NCBI RefSeq assembly: GCF_009914755.1
Contig: NC_060948.1
Length of the DNA: 64,000 nucleotides
Source: the human T2T-CHM13v2.0 reference genome, Homo sapiens
Direction: 5' to 3' (one strand)
The notes under the pieces were generated by a model. That model had not been told where the DNA came from. It was given only the letters and a program-made list of their open reading frames with translations, and ran no database searches. Both the position numbers and the translations under genes were made by a program. Shown one piece after another: positions 27,121 to 40,953 of this stretch; positions within the stretch are counted from its first letter, which is position 1, and each line of letters opens with the position of its first letter.

Positions 27121-30100
27121 TGGAATGAACTTTAATGGAATGTACTCGAATGGATTCGACTGGAATGGAATGTTCTGGAAGTGAATGGACTCCAATGGAA
27201 TGGATTCAAAAGGAATGGAATCGTACGGAATGGAATCTAATGGAATGGAATTAAATGGAAATGAATCAAATTGAATAGCACGGAATTGAATTGAATGGAA
27301 TGGAATGCAATGGAATCTAATGAAACGGAAAGGAAAGGAATGGAATGGAATGGAATGGGCTGGAATGGAAAGGAATCGAAACGAATGGAATGGAATCGAA
27401 CTGAAGAGACTGGAATGGAATGCACTGGAATGGAAGGGAGTGTAATGGAAGGTTCTCGAAAAAAATGGAATCGAATGGAATGGAATTGAATGGAACGGAA
27501 TAGAGTCGAATGGAATTGAATGGAATGGAATGGACTAGAGTGAAATGGAATCGAACCACAAGGAATGGACAGGAATAGAATGGTCTCGAATTGAATGGAA
27601 TCGTATGGAATGGCATCAAACGGAATGGAATGGACAGCCACGGAATGGAATGCACTCGAATGCAATGGAGTCGAAACTAATGGACTGGAATAGAATGGAC
27701 TCGACTGGTACGGACTCCAATGGAATGGAATCGAATGGAAGGGAATCGAACGGAAGGGAATCGAACGGAATGGACTCGAAGGGAAAAGACTGCAATGGAA
27801 AGGTCTCGAATGGAATGGAAATTAACGGAATGGAATGGAATCGAATGAAATGGAGTCAAAAGGAATGGAATCGAATGGCAAGAAATCGAATGTAATGGAA
27901 TCGCCAGGAATTGATGTGAACGGAACGGAATGGAATGGAATCCAAAGGAATGGAATAGAATGGAATGGAATCGAATGCAAAGGACTCGAATGGAAATCAC
28001 TCGAATAGAATGCAATTTAATAAAATAGGATCAAATGTAATGGAATGGAATGGAAAGGAATCGAAACGAAAGGAATGGAGACAGATGGAATGGAATGGAA
28101 CAGAGAGCAATGGTATAGAATGGAATGGAATCATCTGGAATGGAATTGAATGGAATGGAATAATATGAAATGGAATGGAATGGAATGGAATGGAATGCCC
28201 TTGAATTAAATGGACTGGAATGGAATGGACTCAAACAGAGTGGAATGGAAAGTGTGGAGATAGAATGGAATGAACTCCTTTGGAATGGTGTAGTATGCAA
28301 TGCAATCGACTGGCAGGGAATCAAAAGGAATGTAATCGAATGGATTGGACTGGAATGCAATGGACTCGAATAGATTGGAAACGGAATGCAAAGAATGGAA
28401 TGGAATAGTATGGAATGGAATGGAAAGGAATGGAGTGGAACAGACTAGAGTGGAATGGAATGGACTGGAAAGCAATGGACTGGAATGGAACTTTCTTGAA
28501 TGGACTGGAATCAAACGGAATGGAATGCAATGCAATCAAATGGCATGGAATAAAATAGAATGAAAGAGAATCAAATGGAATTGAATCGAATGGAATCGAA
28601 TGGATTGTAAAGGAATAGAATGGAATGGAATGGAATTGACTCAAATGGAATGGACTAGAATGGAATGGATTCGAATGGAAGGCAAAGGAATGGAATCTAT
28701 TGGAATGGACTGTAATGGAATGGAATGGAAGGGATTGGAATGGACTCGAATGGAATGGACTGCAATAGAAAGGATTCGAATGGAATGAAAAAGAATTGAA
28801 TGGAATAGAACAGAATGGAATCAAATCGAATGAAATGGAATGGAATAGAAAGGAATGGAATGAAATGGAATGGAAAGGATTCGAATGGAATGCAATCGAA
28901 TGGAATGGAATCGAACGGAATGGAATAAAATGGAAGAAAACTGGCAAGAAATGGAATCGAAATGAATGGAGTGTTATGGAACGGACTCAAAAGGAATTGA
29001 ATGTAATAGAATGGAGTGGAGTGGACTCGAATATAATGGACTGGAATGGAATGAAATCACATGGAATGGGAACGAATGGAATGGAATGGAAAGGAATGGA
29101 ATCGAATGGAAAGGAATCGAATGGAAGGGAATGAAATTGAATCAACAGGAATGGAAGGGAATAGAATAGACGGTAATGGAATGGACTCGAATAGAATGGA
29201 CACGAATGCTCAAATTAAATGGACTCGAATGGAATGGAAACGAAAGGAATGTCATCGAATGGAATTGAATCGATTGGAATGAAATCGCATAGAATGGAGT
29301 GGAATCAAATGGAATTGAATCGAAAGGAAAGGAAGCGAATGGACTGAAATGAAATGGAATGGAATTGAATGGAAAGTAATGCAATGGAATAGAATGGAAC
29401 GAAATTTCACGGAATGGAATCAAACTGAATGGAATCAAATCAATGGAATCAAATCAAATGGAATGGAAAGGAATTGAATGGAGTAGATGGGATTGGATGG
29501 GATTGGAATGAAATGTACTGGAAAGGACTCGAATTTGATGAAACGGAATGGAATGAATTGGAACGGAATGGACTCGAATGGAATGGAATGTCATGGGATG
29601 GCATCAAATGGAATGGCATCAAATGGAATGGAATCGAATGCAATGGAATGCTATGGAATGGAATGGAATGCATTGGAATGGAATGTCCTCTAATGGAATG
29701 GATTCGAGTGGAATGGAATTGAATATAATGGAGTCGAATGAAATGGAATTGAAAGGAATGGGATCGAATACAATGGAATATACTGGAATGTAACGTAATG
29801 AACTCGAATGTAATTGACTGGAATGGAATGTACATGAATGGAATGTAATCGAATGGAAAGTAATCCAATGGAATAGAATCTAATGCAATAAAATCGACTC
29901 AGATAGAGTAGAATCTAATGGAATGGAGTGCAGTGCAATGGAATGGAATGGAATTTAATGCAATGGAATGGAATGGAATGGAATGGGATGGAATGGTATG
30001 GAATGGATAGTAATGGACTGGAGTGAAATGGACTGGAAAGGAATGGACTCAAATTGAAAGGGCACGAAAGGAATGGAGTCAAATGGAATGGTCTGGAATG

Positions 30101-32133
30101 GAATGAACACGAATGTAATGCAACCCAATAGAATGGAATCGAATGGCATGGAATATAAAGAAATGGAATCGAAGAGAATGGAAACAAATGGAATGGAATT
30201 GAATGGAATGGGAACGAATGGAGTGAAATTGTATGCAGTAGAAGAGAATAGAATGGAATGCAAGCGAAAGGAAAGGAATGGATTGGAATGGAATGGAATT
30301 CATTGGAATGGAAGGGAATGTAGTGTAATGGACAGGCCTGGAATAAAGTGGAATGCTACGGTCTCGAATGGAATAAAAATGTATGGAATGGAATGCAATG
30401 AAACGGAATCGAATGTCATAGAATGTAATGGAATGCAAAAAAATGGAATCCAAAATCATTGACTGGAAAGGCTGGGTGTCGAAAGGAATTGACTCCAATG
30501 GAATGGAATCGAATGGAATGGAAGTGAATAGAATCGAACTAAATCGAATGGAATGGAATTGATAGGAACGGAATGGAAAGGAATGCAATGATTTGGCATG
30601 GAATGGAATCGAATGGCATCGAATGGAATGGAATGGAATGCAATGGAATGGAATGTATTAGAATGGAATGAACTTTAATGGAATGTACTCGAATGGATTC
30701 GACTGGAATGGAATGTTCTGGAAGTGAATGGACTCCAATGGAATGGATTCAAAAGGAATGGAATCGTACGGAATGGAATCTAATGGAATGGAATTAAATG
30801 GAAATGAATCAAATTGAATAGCACGGAATTGAATTGAATGGAATGGAATGCAATGGAATCTAATGAAACGGAAAGGAAAGGAATGGAATGGAATGGAATG
30901 GGCTGGAATGGAAAGGAATCGAAACGAATGGAATGGAATCGAACTGAAGAGACTGGAATGGAATGCACTGGAATGGAAGGGAGTGTAATGGAAGGTTCTC
31001 GAAAAAAATGGAATCGAATGGAATGGAATTGAATGGAACGGAATAGAGTCGAATGGAATTGAATGGAATGGAATGGACTAGAGTGAAATGGAATCGAACC
31101 ACAAGGAATGGACAGGAATAGAATGGTCTCGAATTGAATGGAATCGTATGGAATGGCATCAAACGGAATGGAATGGACAGCCACGGAATGGAATGCACTC
31201 GAATGCAATGGAGTCGAAACTAACGGACTGGAATAGAATGGACTCGATTGGTACGGACTCCAATGGAATGGAATCGAATGGAAGGGAATCGAACGGAAGG
31301 GAATCGAACGGAATGGACTCGAAGGGAAAAGACTGCAATGGAAAGGTCTCGAATGGAATGGAAATTAATGGAATGGAATGGAATCGAATGAAATGGAGTC
31401 AAAAGGAATGGAATCGAATGGCAAGAAATCGAATGTAATGGAATCGCAAGGAATTGATGTGAACGGAACGGAATGGAATGGAATCCAAAGGAATGGAATA
31501 GAATGGAATGGAATCGAATGGAAAGGACTCGAATGGAAATCACTCGAATAGAATGCAATTTAATAAAATAGGATCAAATGTAATAGAATGGAATGGAAAG
31601 GAATCGAAACGGAAGGAATGGAGACAGATGGAATGGAATGGAACAGAGAGCAATGGTATAGAATGGAATGGAATCATCTGGAATGGAATTGAATGGAATG
31701 GAATAATATGAAATGGAATGGAATGGAATGGAATGGAATGCCCTTGAATTAAATGGACTGGACTCGAACAGAGTGGAATGGAAAGTGTTGAGATAGAATG
31801 GAATGGACTCCTTTGGAATGGTCTAGTATGCAATGCAATCGACTGGCAGGGAATCAAAAGGAATGTAATCGAATGGATTGGACTGGAATGCAATGGACTC
31901 GAATAGATTGGAAACGGAATGCAAAGGAATGGAATGGAATAGTATGGAATGCAATGGAAGGGAATGGAGTGGAATAGACTAGAGTGGAATGGAATGGACT
32001 GGAAAGCAATGGACTGGAATGGAACTTTCTTGGATGGATGGGAATCAAACGGAATGGAATGCAATGCAATCAAATGGCATGGAATAAAATAGAATGAAAG
32101 AGAATCAAATGGAATTGAATCGAATGGAATCGA

Positions 32134-34789
32134 ATGGATTGGAAAGGAATAGAATGGAATGGAATGGAATTGACTCAAATGGAATGGACTAGAATGGAAT
32201 GGATTCGAATGGAATGGAATGTCATGGAATGGCATCAAATGGAATGGCATCAAATGGAATGGAATCGAATGCAATGGAATGCTATGGAATGGAATGGAAT
32301 GCATTGGAATGGAATGTCCTCTAATGGAATGGATTCGAGTGGAATGGAATTGAATATAATGGAGTCGAATGAAATGGAATTGAAAGGAATGGGATCGAAT
32401 ACAATGGAATATACTGGAATGTAACGTAATGAACTCGAATGTAATTGACTGGAATGGAATGTACATGAATGGAATGTAATCGAATGGAAAGTAATCCAAT
32501 GGAATAGAATCTAATGCAATAAAATCGACTCAGATAGAGTAGAATGTAATGGAATGGAGTGCAGTGCAATGGAATGGAATGGAATGGAATGCAATGGAAT
32601 GGAATGGAATGGAATGGAATGGAATGGAATGGAATGGAATGGAATGGGATGGAATGGTATGGAATGGATAGTAATGGACTGGAGTGAAATGGACTGGAAA
32701 GGAATGGACTAAAATTGAAAGGGCTCGAAAGGAATGGAGTCAAATGGAATGGTCTGGAATGGAATGAACACGAATGTAATGCAATCCAATAGAATGGAAT
32801 CGAATGGCATGGAATATAAAGAAATGGAATCGAAGAGAATGGAAACAAATGGAATGGAATTGAATGGAATGGAATTGAATGGAATGTGAACGAATGGAGT
32901 GAAATTGTATGCAGTAGAAGAGAATAGAATGGAATGCAAGCGAAAGGAAAGGAATGGATTGGAATGGAATGGAATTCATTGGAATGGAAGGGAATGTAGT
33001 GTAATGGACAGGCCTGGAATAAAGTGGAATGCTACGGTCTCGAATGGAATAAAAATGTATGGAATGGAATGCAATGAAACGGAATCGAATGTCATAGAAT
33101 GTAATGGAATGCAAAAAAATGGAATCCAAAATCATTGACTGGAAAGGCTGGGTGTCGAAAGGAATTGACTCCAATGGAATGGAATCGAATGGAATGGAAG
33201 TGAATAGAATCGAACTAAATCGAATGGAATGGAATTGATAGGAACGGAATGGAAAGGAATGCAATGATTTGGCATGGAATGGAATCGAATGGCATCGAAT
33301 GGAATGGAATGCAATGCAATGGAATGGAATGTATTAGAATGTAATGAACTTTAATGGAATGTACTCGAATGGATTCGACTGGAATGGAATGTTCTGGAAG
33401 TGAATGGACTCCAATGGAATGGATTCAAAAGGAATGGAATCGTACGGAATGGAATCTAATGGAATGGAATTAAATGGAAATGAATCAAATTGAATAGCAC
33501 GGAATTGAATTGAATGGAATGGAATGCAATGGAATCTAATGAAACGGAAAGGAAAGGAATGGAATGGAATGGAATGGACTGGAATGGAAAGGAATCGAAA
33601 CGAATGGAATGGAATCGAACTGAAGAGACTGGAATGGAATGCACTGGAATGGAAGGGAGTGTAATGGAAGGTTGTCGAAAAAAATGGAATCGAATGGAAT
33701 GGAATTGAATGGAACGGAATAGAGTCGAATGGAATTGAATGGAATGGAATGGACTAGAGTGAAATGGAATCGAACCACAAGGAATGGACAGGAATAGAAT
33801 GGTCTCGAATTGAATGGAATCGTATGGAATGGCATCAAACGGAATGGAATGGACAGCCACGGAATGGAATGCACTCGAATGCAATGGAGTCGAAACTAAT
33901 GGACTGGAATAGAATGGACTCGACTGGTACGGACTCCAATGGAATGGAATCGAATGGAAGGGAATCGAACGGAAGGGAATCGAACGGAATGGACTCGAAG
34001 GGAAAAGACTGCAATAGAAAGGTCTCGAATGGAATGGAAATTAATGGAATGGAATGGAATCGAATGAAATGGAGTCAAAAGGAATGGAATCGAATGGCAA
34101 GAAATGGAATGTAATGGAATCGCCAGGAATTGATGTGAACGGAGCGGAATGGAATGGAATCCAAAGGAATGGAATAGAATGGAATGGAATCGAATGGAAA
34201 GGACTCGAATGGAAATCACTCGAATAGAATGCAATTTAATAAAATAGGATCAAATGTAATGGAATGGAATGGAAAGGAATCGAAACGAAAGGAATGGAGA
34301 CAGATGGAATGGAATGGAACAGAGAGCAATGGTATAGAATGGAATGGAATCATCTGGAATGGAATTGAATGGAATGGAATGGAATGCCCTTGAATTAAAT
34401 GGACTGGAATGGAATGGACTCAAACAGAGTGGAATGGAAAGTGTTGAGATAGAATGGAATGAACTCCTTTGGAATGGTCTAGTAGGCAATGCAATCGACT
34501 GGCAGGGAATCAAAAGGAATGTAATCGAATGGATTGGACTGGAATGCAATGGACTCGAATAGATTGGAAACGGAATGCAAAGGAATGGAATGGAATAGTA
34601 TGGAATGGAATGGAAAGGAATGGAGTGGAATAGACTAGAGTGGAATGGAATGGACTGGAAAGCAATGGACTGGAATGGAACTTTCTTGAATGGACTGGAA
34701 TCAAACGGAATGGAATGCAATGCAATCAAATGGCATGGAATAAAATAGAATGAAAGAGAATCAAATGGAATTGAATCGAATGGAATCGA
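32134..34789 (+). repeat. Short DYZ1 variant unit D (2656 bp) with 903-bp internal deletion
   Basis: The junction GGAT-TCGAATGGAA-TGGAATGTCATGG at 32205-32214 joins unit-1 equivalents 90-99 and 993-1002. Confidence 0.92.
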
Positions 34790-37700
34790 ATGGATTGGAA
34801 AGGAATAGAACGGAATGGAATGGAATTGACTCAAATGGAATGGACTAGAATGGAATGGATTCGAATGGAAGACAAAGGAATGGAATCTATTGGAATGGAC
34901 TGTAATGGAATGGAATGGAAGGGATTGGAATGGACTCGAATGGAATGGACTGCAATAGAAAGGATTCGAATGGAATGAAAAAGAATTGAATGGAATAGAA
35001 CAGAATGGAATCAAATCGAATGAAATGGAATGGAATAGAAAGGAATGGAATGAAATGGAATGAAAAGGATTCCAATGGAATGCAATCGAATGGAATGGAA
35101 TCGAACGGAATGGAATAAAATGGAAGAAAACTGGCAATAAATGGAATCGAAATGAATGGAGTGTTATGGAACGGACTCAAAAGGAATTGAATGTAATAGA
35201 ATGGAGTGGAGTGGACTCGAATATAATGGACTGGAATGGAATGAAATCACATGGAATGGGAACGAATGGAATGGAATGGAAAGGAATGGAATCGAATGAA
35301 AAGGAATCGAATGGAGGGAATGAAATTGAATCAACAGGAATGGAAGGGAATAGAATAGACGGTAATGGAATGGACTCGAATAGAATGGACACGAATGCTC
35401 AAATTGAATGGACTCGAATGGAATGGAAACGAAAGGAATGTCATCGAATGGAATTGAATCGATTGGAATGAAATCGCATAGAATGGAGTGGAATCAAATG
35501 GAATTGAATCGAAAGGAAAGGAAGCGAATGGACTGAAATGAAATGGAATGGAATTGAATGGAAAGTAACGCAATGGAATAGAATGGAACGAAATTTCACG
35601 GAATGGAATCAAACTGAATGGAATCAAATCAATGGAATCAAATCAAATGGAATGGAAAGGAATTGAATGGAGTAGATTGGATTGGATGGGATTGGAATGA
35701 AATGTACTGGAAAGGACTCGAATTTCATGAAACGGAATGGAATGAATTGGAACGGAATGGACTCGAATGGAATGGAATGTCATGGGATGGCATCAAATGG
35801 AATGGCATCAAATGGAATGGAATCGAATGCAATGGAATGCTATGGAATGGAATGGAATGCATTGGAATGGAATGTCCTCTAATGGAATGGATTCGAGTGG
35901 AATGGAATTGAATATAATGGAGTCGAATGAAATGGAATTGAAAAGAATGGGATCGAATACAATGGAATATACTGGAATGTAACGTAATGAACTCGAATGT
36001 AATTGACTGGAATGGAATGTACATGAATGGAATGTAATCGAATGGAAAGTAATCCAATGGAATAGAATCTAATGCAATAAAATCGACTCAGATAGAGTAG
36101 AATGTAATGGAATGGAGTGTTGTGCAATGGAATGGAATGGAATGGAATGCAATGGAATGGAATGGAATGGAATGGGATGGAATGGTATGGAATGGATAGT
36201 AATGGACTGGAGTGAAATGGACTGGAAAGGAATGGACTCAAATTGAAAGGGCACGAAAGGAATGGAGTCAAATGGAATGGTCTGGAATGGAATGAACACG
36301 AATGTAATGCAACCCAATAGAATGGAATCGAATGGCATGGAATATAAAGAAATGGAATCGAAGAGAATGGAAACAAATGGAATGGAATTGAATGGAATGT
36401 GAACGAATGGAGTGAAATTGTATGCAGTAGAAGAGAATAGAATGGAATGCAAGCGAAAGGAAAGGAATGGATTGGAATGGAATGGAATTCATTGGAATGG
36501 AAGGGAATGTAGTGTAATGGACAGGCCTGGAATAAAGTGGAATGCTACGGTCTCGAATGGAATAAAAATGTATGGAATGGAATGCAATGAAACGGAATCG
36601 AATGTCATAGAATGTAATGGAATGCAACAAAATGGAATCCAAAATCATTGACTGGAAAGGCTGGGTGTCGAAAGGAATTGACTCCAATGGAATGGAATCG
36701 AATGGAATGGAAGTGAATAGAATCGAACTAAATCGAATGGAATGGAATTGATAGGAACGGAATGGAAAGGAATGCAATGATTTGGCATGGAATGGAATCG
36801 AATGGCATCGAATGGAATGGAATGGAATGCAATGGAATGGAATGTATTAGAATGGAATGAACTTTAATGGAATGTACTCGAATGGATTCGACTGGAATGG
36901 AATGTTCTGGAAGTGAATGGACTCCAATGGAATGGATTCAAAAGGAATGGAATCGTACGGAATGGAATCTAATGGAATGGAATTAAATGGAAATGAATCA
37001 AATTGAATAGCACGGAATTGAATTGAATGGAATGGAATGCAATGGAATCTAATGAAACGGAAAGGAAAGGAATGGAATGGAATGGAATGGGCTGGAATGG
37101 AAAGGAATCGAAACGAATGGAATGGAATCGAAGTGAAGAGACTGGAATGGAATGCACTGGAATGGAAGGGAGTGTAATGGAAGGTTCTCGAAAAAAATGG
37201 AATCGAATGGAATGGAATTGAATGGAACGGAATAGAGTCGAATGGAATTGAATGGAATGGAATGGACTAGAGTGAAATGGAATCGAACCACAAGGAATGG
37301 AGAGGAATAGAATGGTCTCGAATTGAATGGAATCGTATGGAATGGCATCAAACGGAATGGAATGGACAGCCACGGAATGGAATGCACTCGAATGCAATGG
37401 AGTCGAAACTAATGGACTGGAATAGAATGGACTCGACTGGTACGGACTCCAATGGAATGGAATCGAATGGAAGGGAATCGAACGGAATGGACTCGAAGGG
37501 AAAAGACTGCAATGGAAAGGTCTCGAATGGAATGGAAATTAATGGGATGGAATGGAATCGAATGAAATGGAGTCAAAAGGAATGGAATCGAATGGCAAGA
37601 AATCGAATGTAATGGAATCGCAAGGAATTGATGTGAACGGAACGGAATGGAATGGAATCCAAAGGAATGGAATAGAATGGAATGGAATCGAATGGAAAGG

Positions 37701-38307
37701 ACTCGAATGGAAATCACTCGAATAGAATGCAATTTAATAAAATAGGATCAAATGTAATAGAATGGAATGGAAAGGAATCGAAACGGAAGGAATGGAGACA
37801 GATGGAATGGAATGGAACAGAGAGCAATGGTATAGAATGGAATGGAATCATCTGGAATGGAATTGAATGGAATGGAATAATATGAAATGGAATGGAATGG
37901 AATGGAATGGAATGCCCTTGAATTAAATGGACTGGACTCGAACAGAGTGGAATGGAAAGTGTTGAGATAGAATGGAATGGACTCCTTTGGAATGGTCTAG
38001 TATGCAATGCAATCGACTGGCAGGGAATCAAAAGGAATGTAATCGAATGGATTGGACTGGAATGCAATGGACTCGAATAGATTGGAAACGGAATGCAAAG
38101 GAATGGAATGGAATAGTATGGAATGCAATGGAAGGGAATGGAGTGGAATAGACTAGAGTGGAATGGAATGGACTGGAAAGCAATGGACTGGAATGGAACT
38201 TTCTTGGATGGATGGGAATCAAACGGAATGGAATGCAATGCAATCAAATGGCATGGAATAAAATAGAATGAAAGAGAATCAAATGGAATTGAATCGAATG
38301 GAATCGA

Positions 38308-40953
38308 ATGGATTGGAAAGGAATAGAATGGAATGGAATGGAATTGACTCAAATGGAATGGACTAGAATGGAATGGATTCGAATGGAATGGAATGTCATG
38401 GAATGGCATCAAATGGAATGGCATCAAATGGAATGGAATCGAATGCAATGGAATGCTATGGAATGGAATGGAATGCATTGGAATGGAATGTCCTCTAATG
38501 GAATGGATTCGAGTGGAATGGAATTGAATATAATGGAGTCGAATGAAATGGAATTGAAAGGAATGGGATCGAATACAATGGAATATACTGGAATGTAACG
38601 TAATGAACTCGAATGTAATTGACTGGAATGGAATGTACATGAATGGAATGTAATCGAATGGAAAGTAATCCAATGGAATAGAATCTAATGCAATAAAATC
38701 GACTCAGATAGAGTAGAATGTAATGGAATGGAGTGCAGTGCAATGGAATGGAATGGAATGGAATGCAATGGAATGGAATGGAATGGAATGGAATGGAATG
38801 GAATGGAATGGGATGGAATGGTATGGAATGGATAGTAATGGACTGGAGTGAAATGGACTGGAAAGGAATGGACTCAAATTGAAAGGGCTCGAAAGGAATG
38901 GAGTCAAATGGAATGGTCTGGAATGGAATGAACACGAATGTAATGCAATCCAATAGAATGGAATCGAATGGCATGGAATATAAAGAAATGGAATCGAAGA
39001 GAATGGAAACAAATGGAATGGAATTGAATGGAATGGAATTGAATGGAATGTGAACGAATGGAGTGAAATTGTATGCAGTAGAAGAGAATAGAATGGAATG
39101 CAAGCGAAAGGAAAGGAATGGATTGGAATGGAATGGAATTCATTGGAATGGAAGGGAATGTAGTGTAATGGACAGGCCTGGAATAAAGTGGAATGCTACG
39201 GTCTCGAATGGAATAAAAATGTATGGAATGGAATGCAATGAAACGGAATCGAATGTCATAGAATGTAATGGAATGCAAAAAAATGGAATCCAAAATCATT
39301 GACTGGAAAGGCTGGGTGTCGAAAGGAATTGAATCCAATGGAATGGAATCGAATGGAATGGAAGTGAATAGAATCGAACTAAATCGAATGGAATGGAATT
39401 GATAGGAACGGAATGGAAAGGAATGCAATGATTTGGCATGGAATGGAATCGAATGGCATCGAATGGAATGGAATGCAATGCAATGGAATGGAATGTATTA
39501 GAATGTAATGAACTTTAATGGAATGTACTCGAATGGATTCGACTGGAATGGAATGTTCTGGAAGTGAATGGACTCCAATGGAATGGATTCAAAAGGAATG
39601 GAATCGTACGGAATGGAATCTAATGGAATGGAATTAAATGGAAATGAATCAAATTGAATAGCACGGAATTGAATTGAATGGAATGGAATGCAATGGAATC
39701 TAATGAAACGGAAAGGAAAGGAATGGAATGGAATGGAATGGACTGGAATGGAAAGGAATCGAAACGAATGGAATGGAATCGAACTGAAGAGACTGGAATG
39801 GAATGCACTGGAATGGAAGGGAGTGTAATGGAAGGTTGTCGAAAAAAATGGAATCGAATGGAATGGAATTGAATGGAACGGAATAGAGTCGAATGGAATT
39901 GAATGGAATGGAATGGACTAGAGTGAAATGGAATCGAACCACAAGGAATGGACAGGAATAGAATGGTCTCGAATTGAATGGAATCGTATGGAATGGCATC
40001 AAACGGAATGGAATGGACAGCCACGGAATGGAATGCACTCGAATGCAATGGAGTCGAAACTAATGGACTGGAATAGAATGGACTCGACTGGTACGGACTC
40101 CAATGGAATGGAATCGAATGGAAGGGAATCGAACGGAAGGGAATCGAACGGAATGGACTCGAAGGGAAAAGACTGCAATAGAAAGGTCTCGAATGGAATG
40201 GAAATTAATGGAATGGAATGGAATCGAATGAAATGGAGTCAAAAGGAATGGAATCGAATGGCAAGAAATGGAATGTAATGGAATCGCCAGGAATTGATGT
40301 GAACGGAGCGGAATGGAATGGAATCCAAAGGAATGGAATAGAATGGAATTGAATCGAATGGAAAGGACTCGAATGGAAATCACTCGAATAGAATGCAATT
40401 TAATAAAATAGGATCAAATGTAATGGAATGGAATGGAAAGGAATCGAAACGAAAGGAATGGAGACAGATGGAATGGAATGGAACAGAGAGCAATGGTATA
40501 GAATGGAATGGAATCATCTGGAATGGAATTGAATGGAATGGAATGGAATGCCCTTGAATTAAATGGACTGGAATGGAATGGACTCAAACAGAGTGGAATG
40601 GAAAGTGTTGAGATAGAATGGAATGAACTCCTTTGGAATGGTCTAGTAGGCAATGCAATCGACTGGCAGGGAATCAAAAGGAATGTAATCGAATGGATTG
40701 GACTGGAATGCAATGGACTCGAATAGATTGGAAACGGAATGCAAAGGAATGGAATGGAATAGTATGGAATGGAATGGAAAGGAATGGAGTGGAATAGACT
40801 AGAGTGGAATGGAATGGACTGGAAAGCAATGGACTGGAATGGAACTTTCTTGAATGGACTGGAATCAAACGGAATGGAATGCAATGCAATCAAATGGCAT
40901 GGAATAAAATAGAATGAAAGAGAATCAAATGGAATTGAATCGAATGGAATCGA
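38308..40953 (+). repeat. Short DYZ1 variant unit D' (2646 bp), same deletion
   Basis: Identical junction at 38379-38388. It is 10 bp shorter than D in the pure GGAAT run. Confidence 0.92.

Noticed and set aside
31540-32499. Longest ORF (319 aa, minus strand), four copies
   Set aside because: It is a chance fusion produced by the 10-bp and 903-bp deletions. It is low-complexity, with no evidence of coding constraint.
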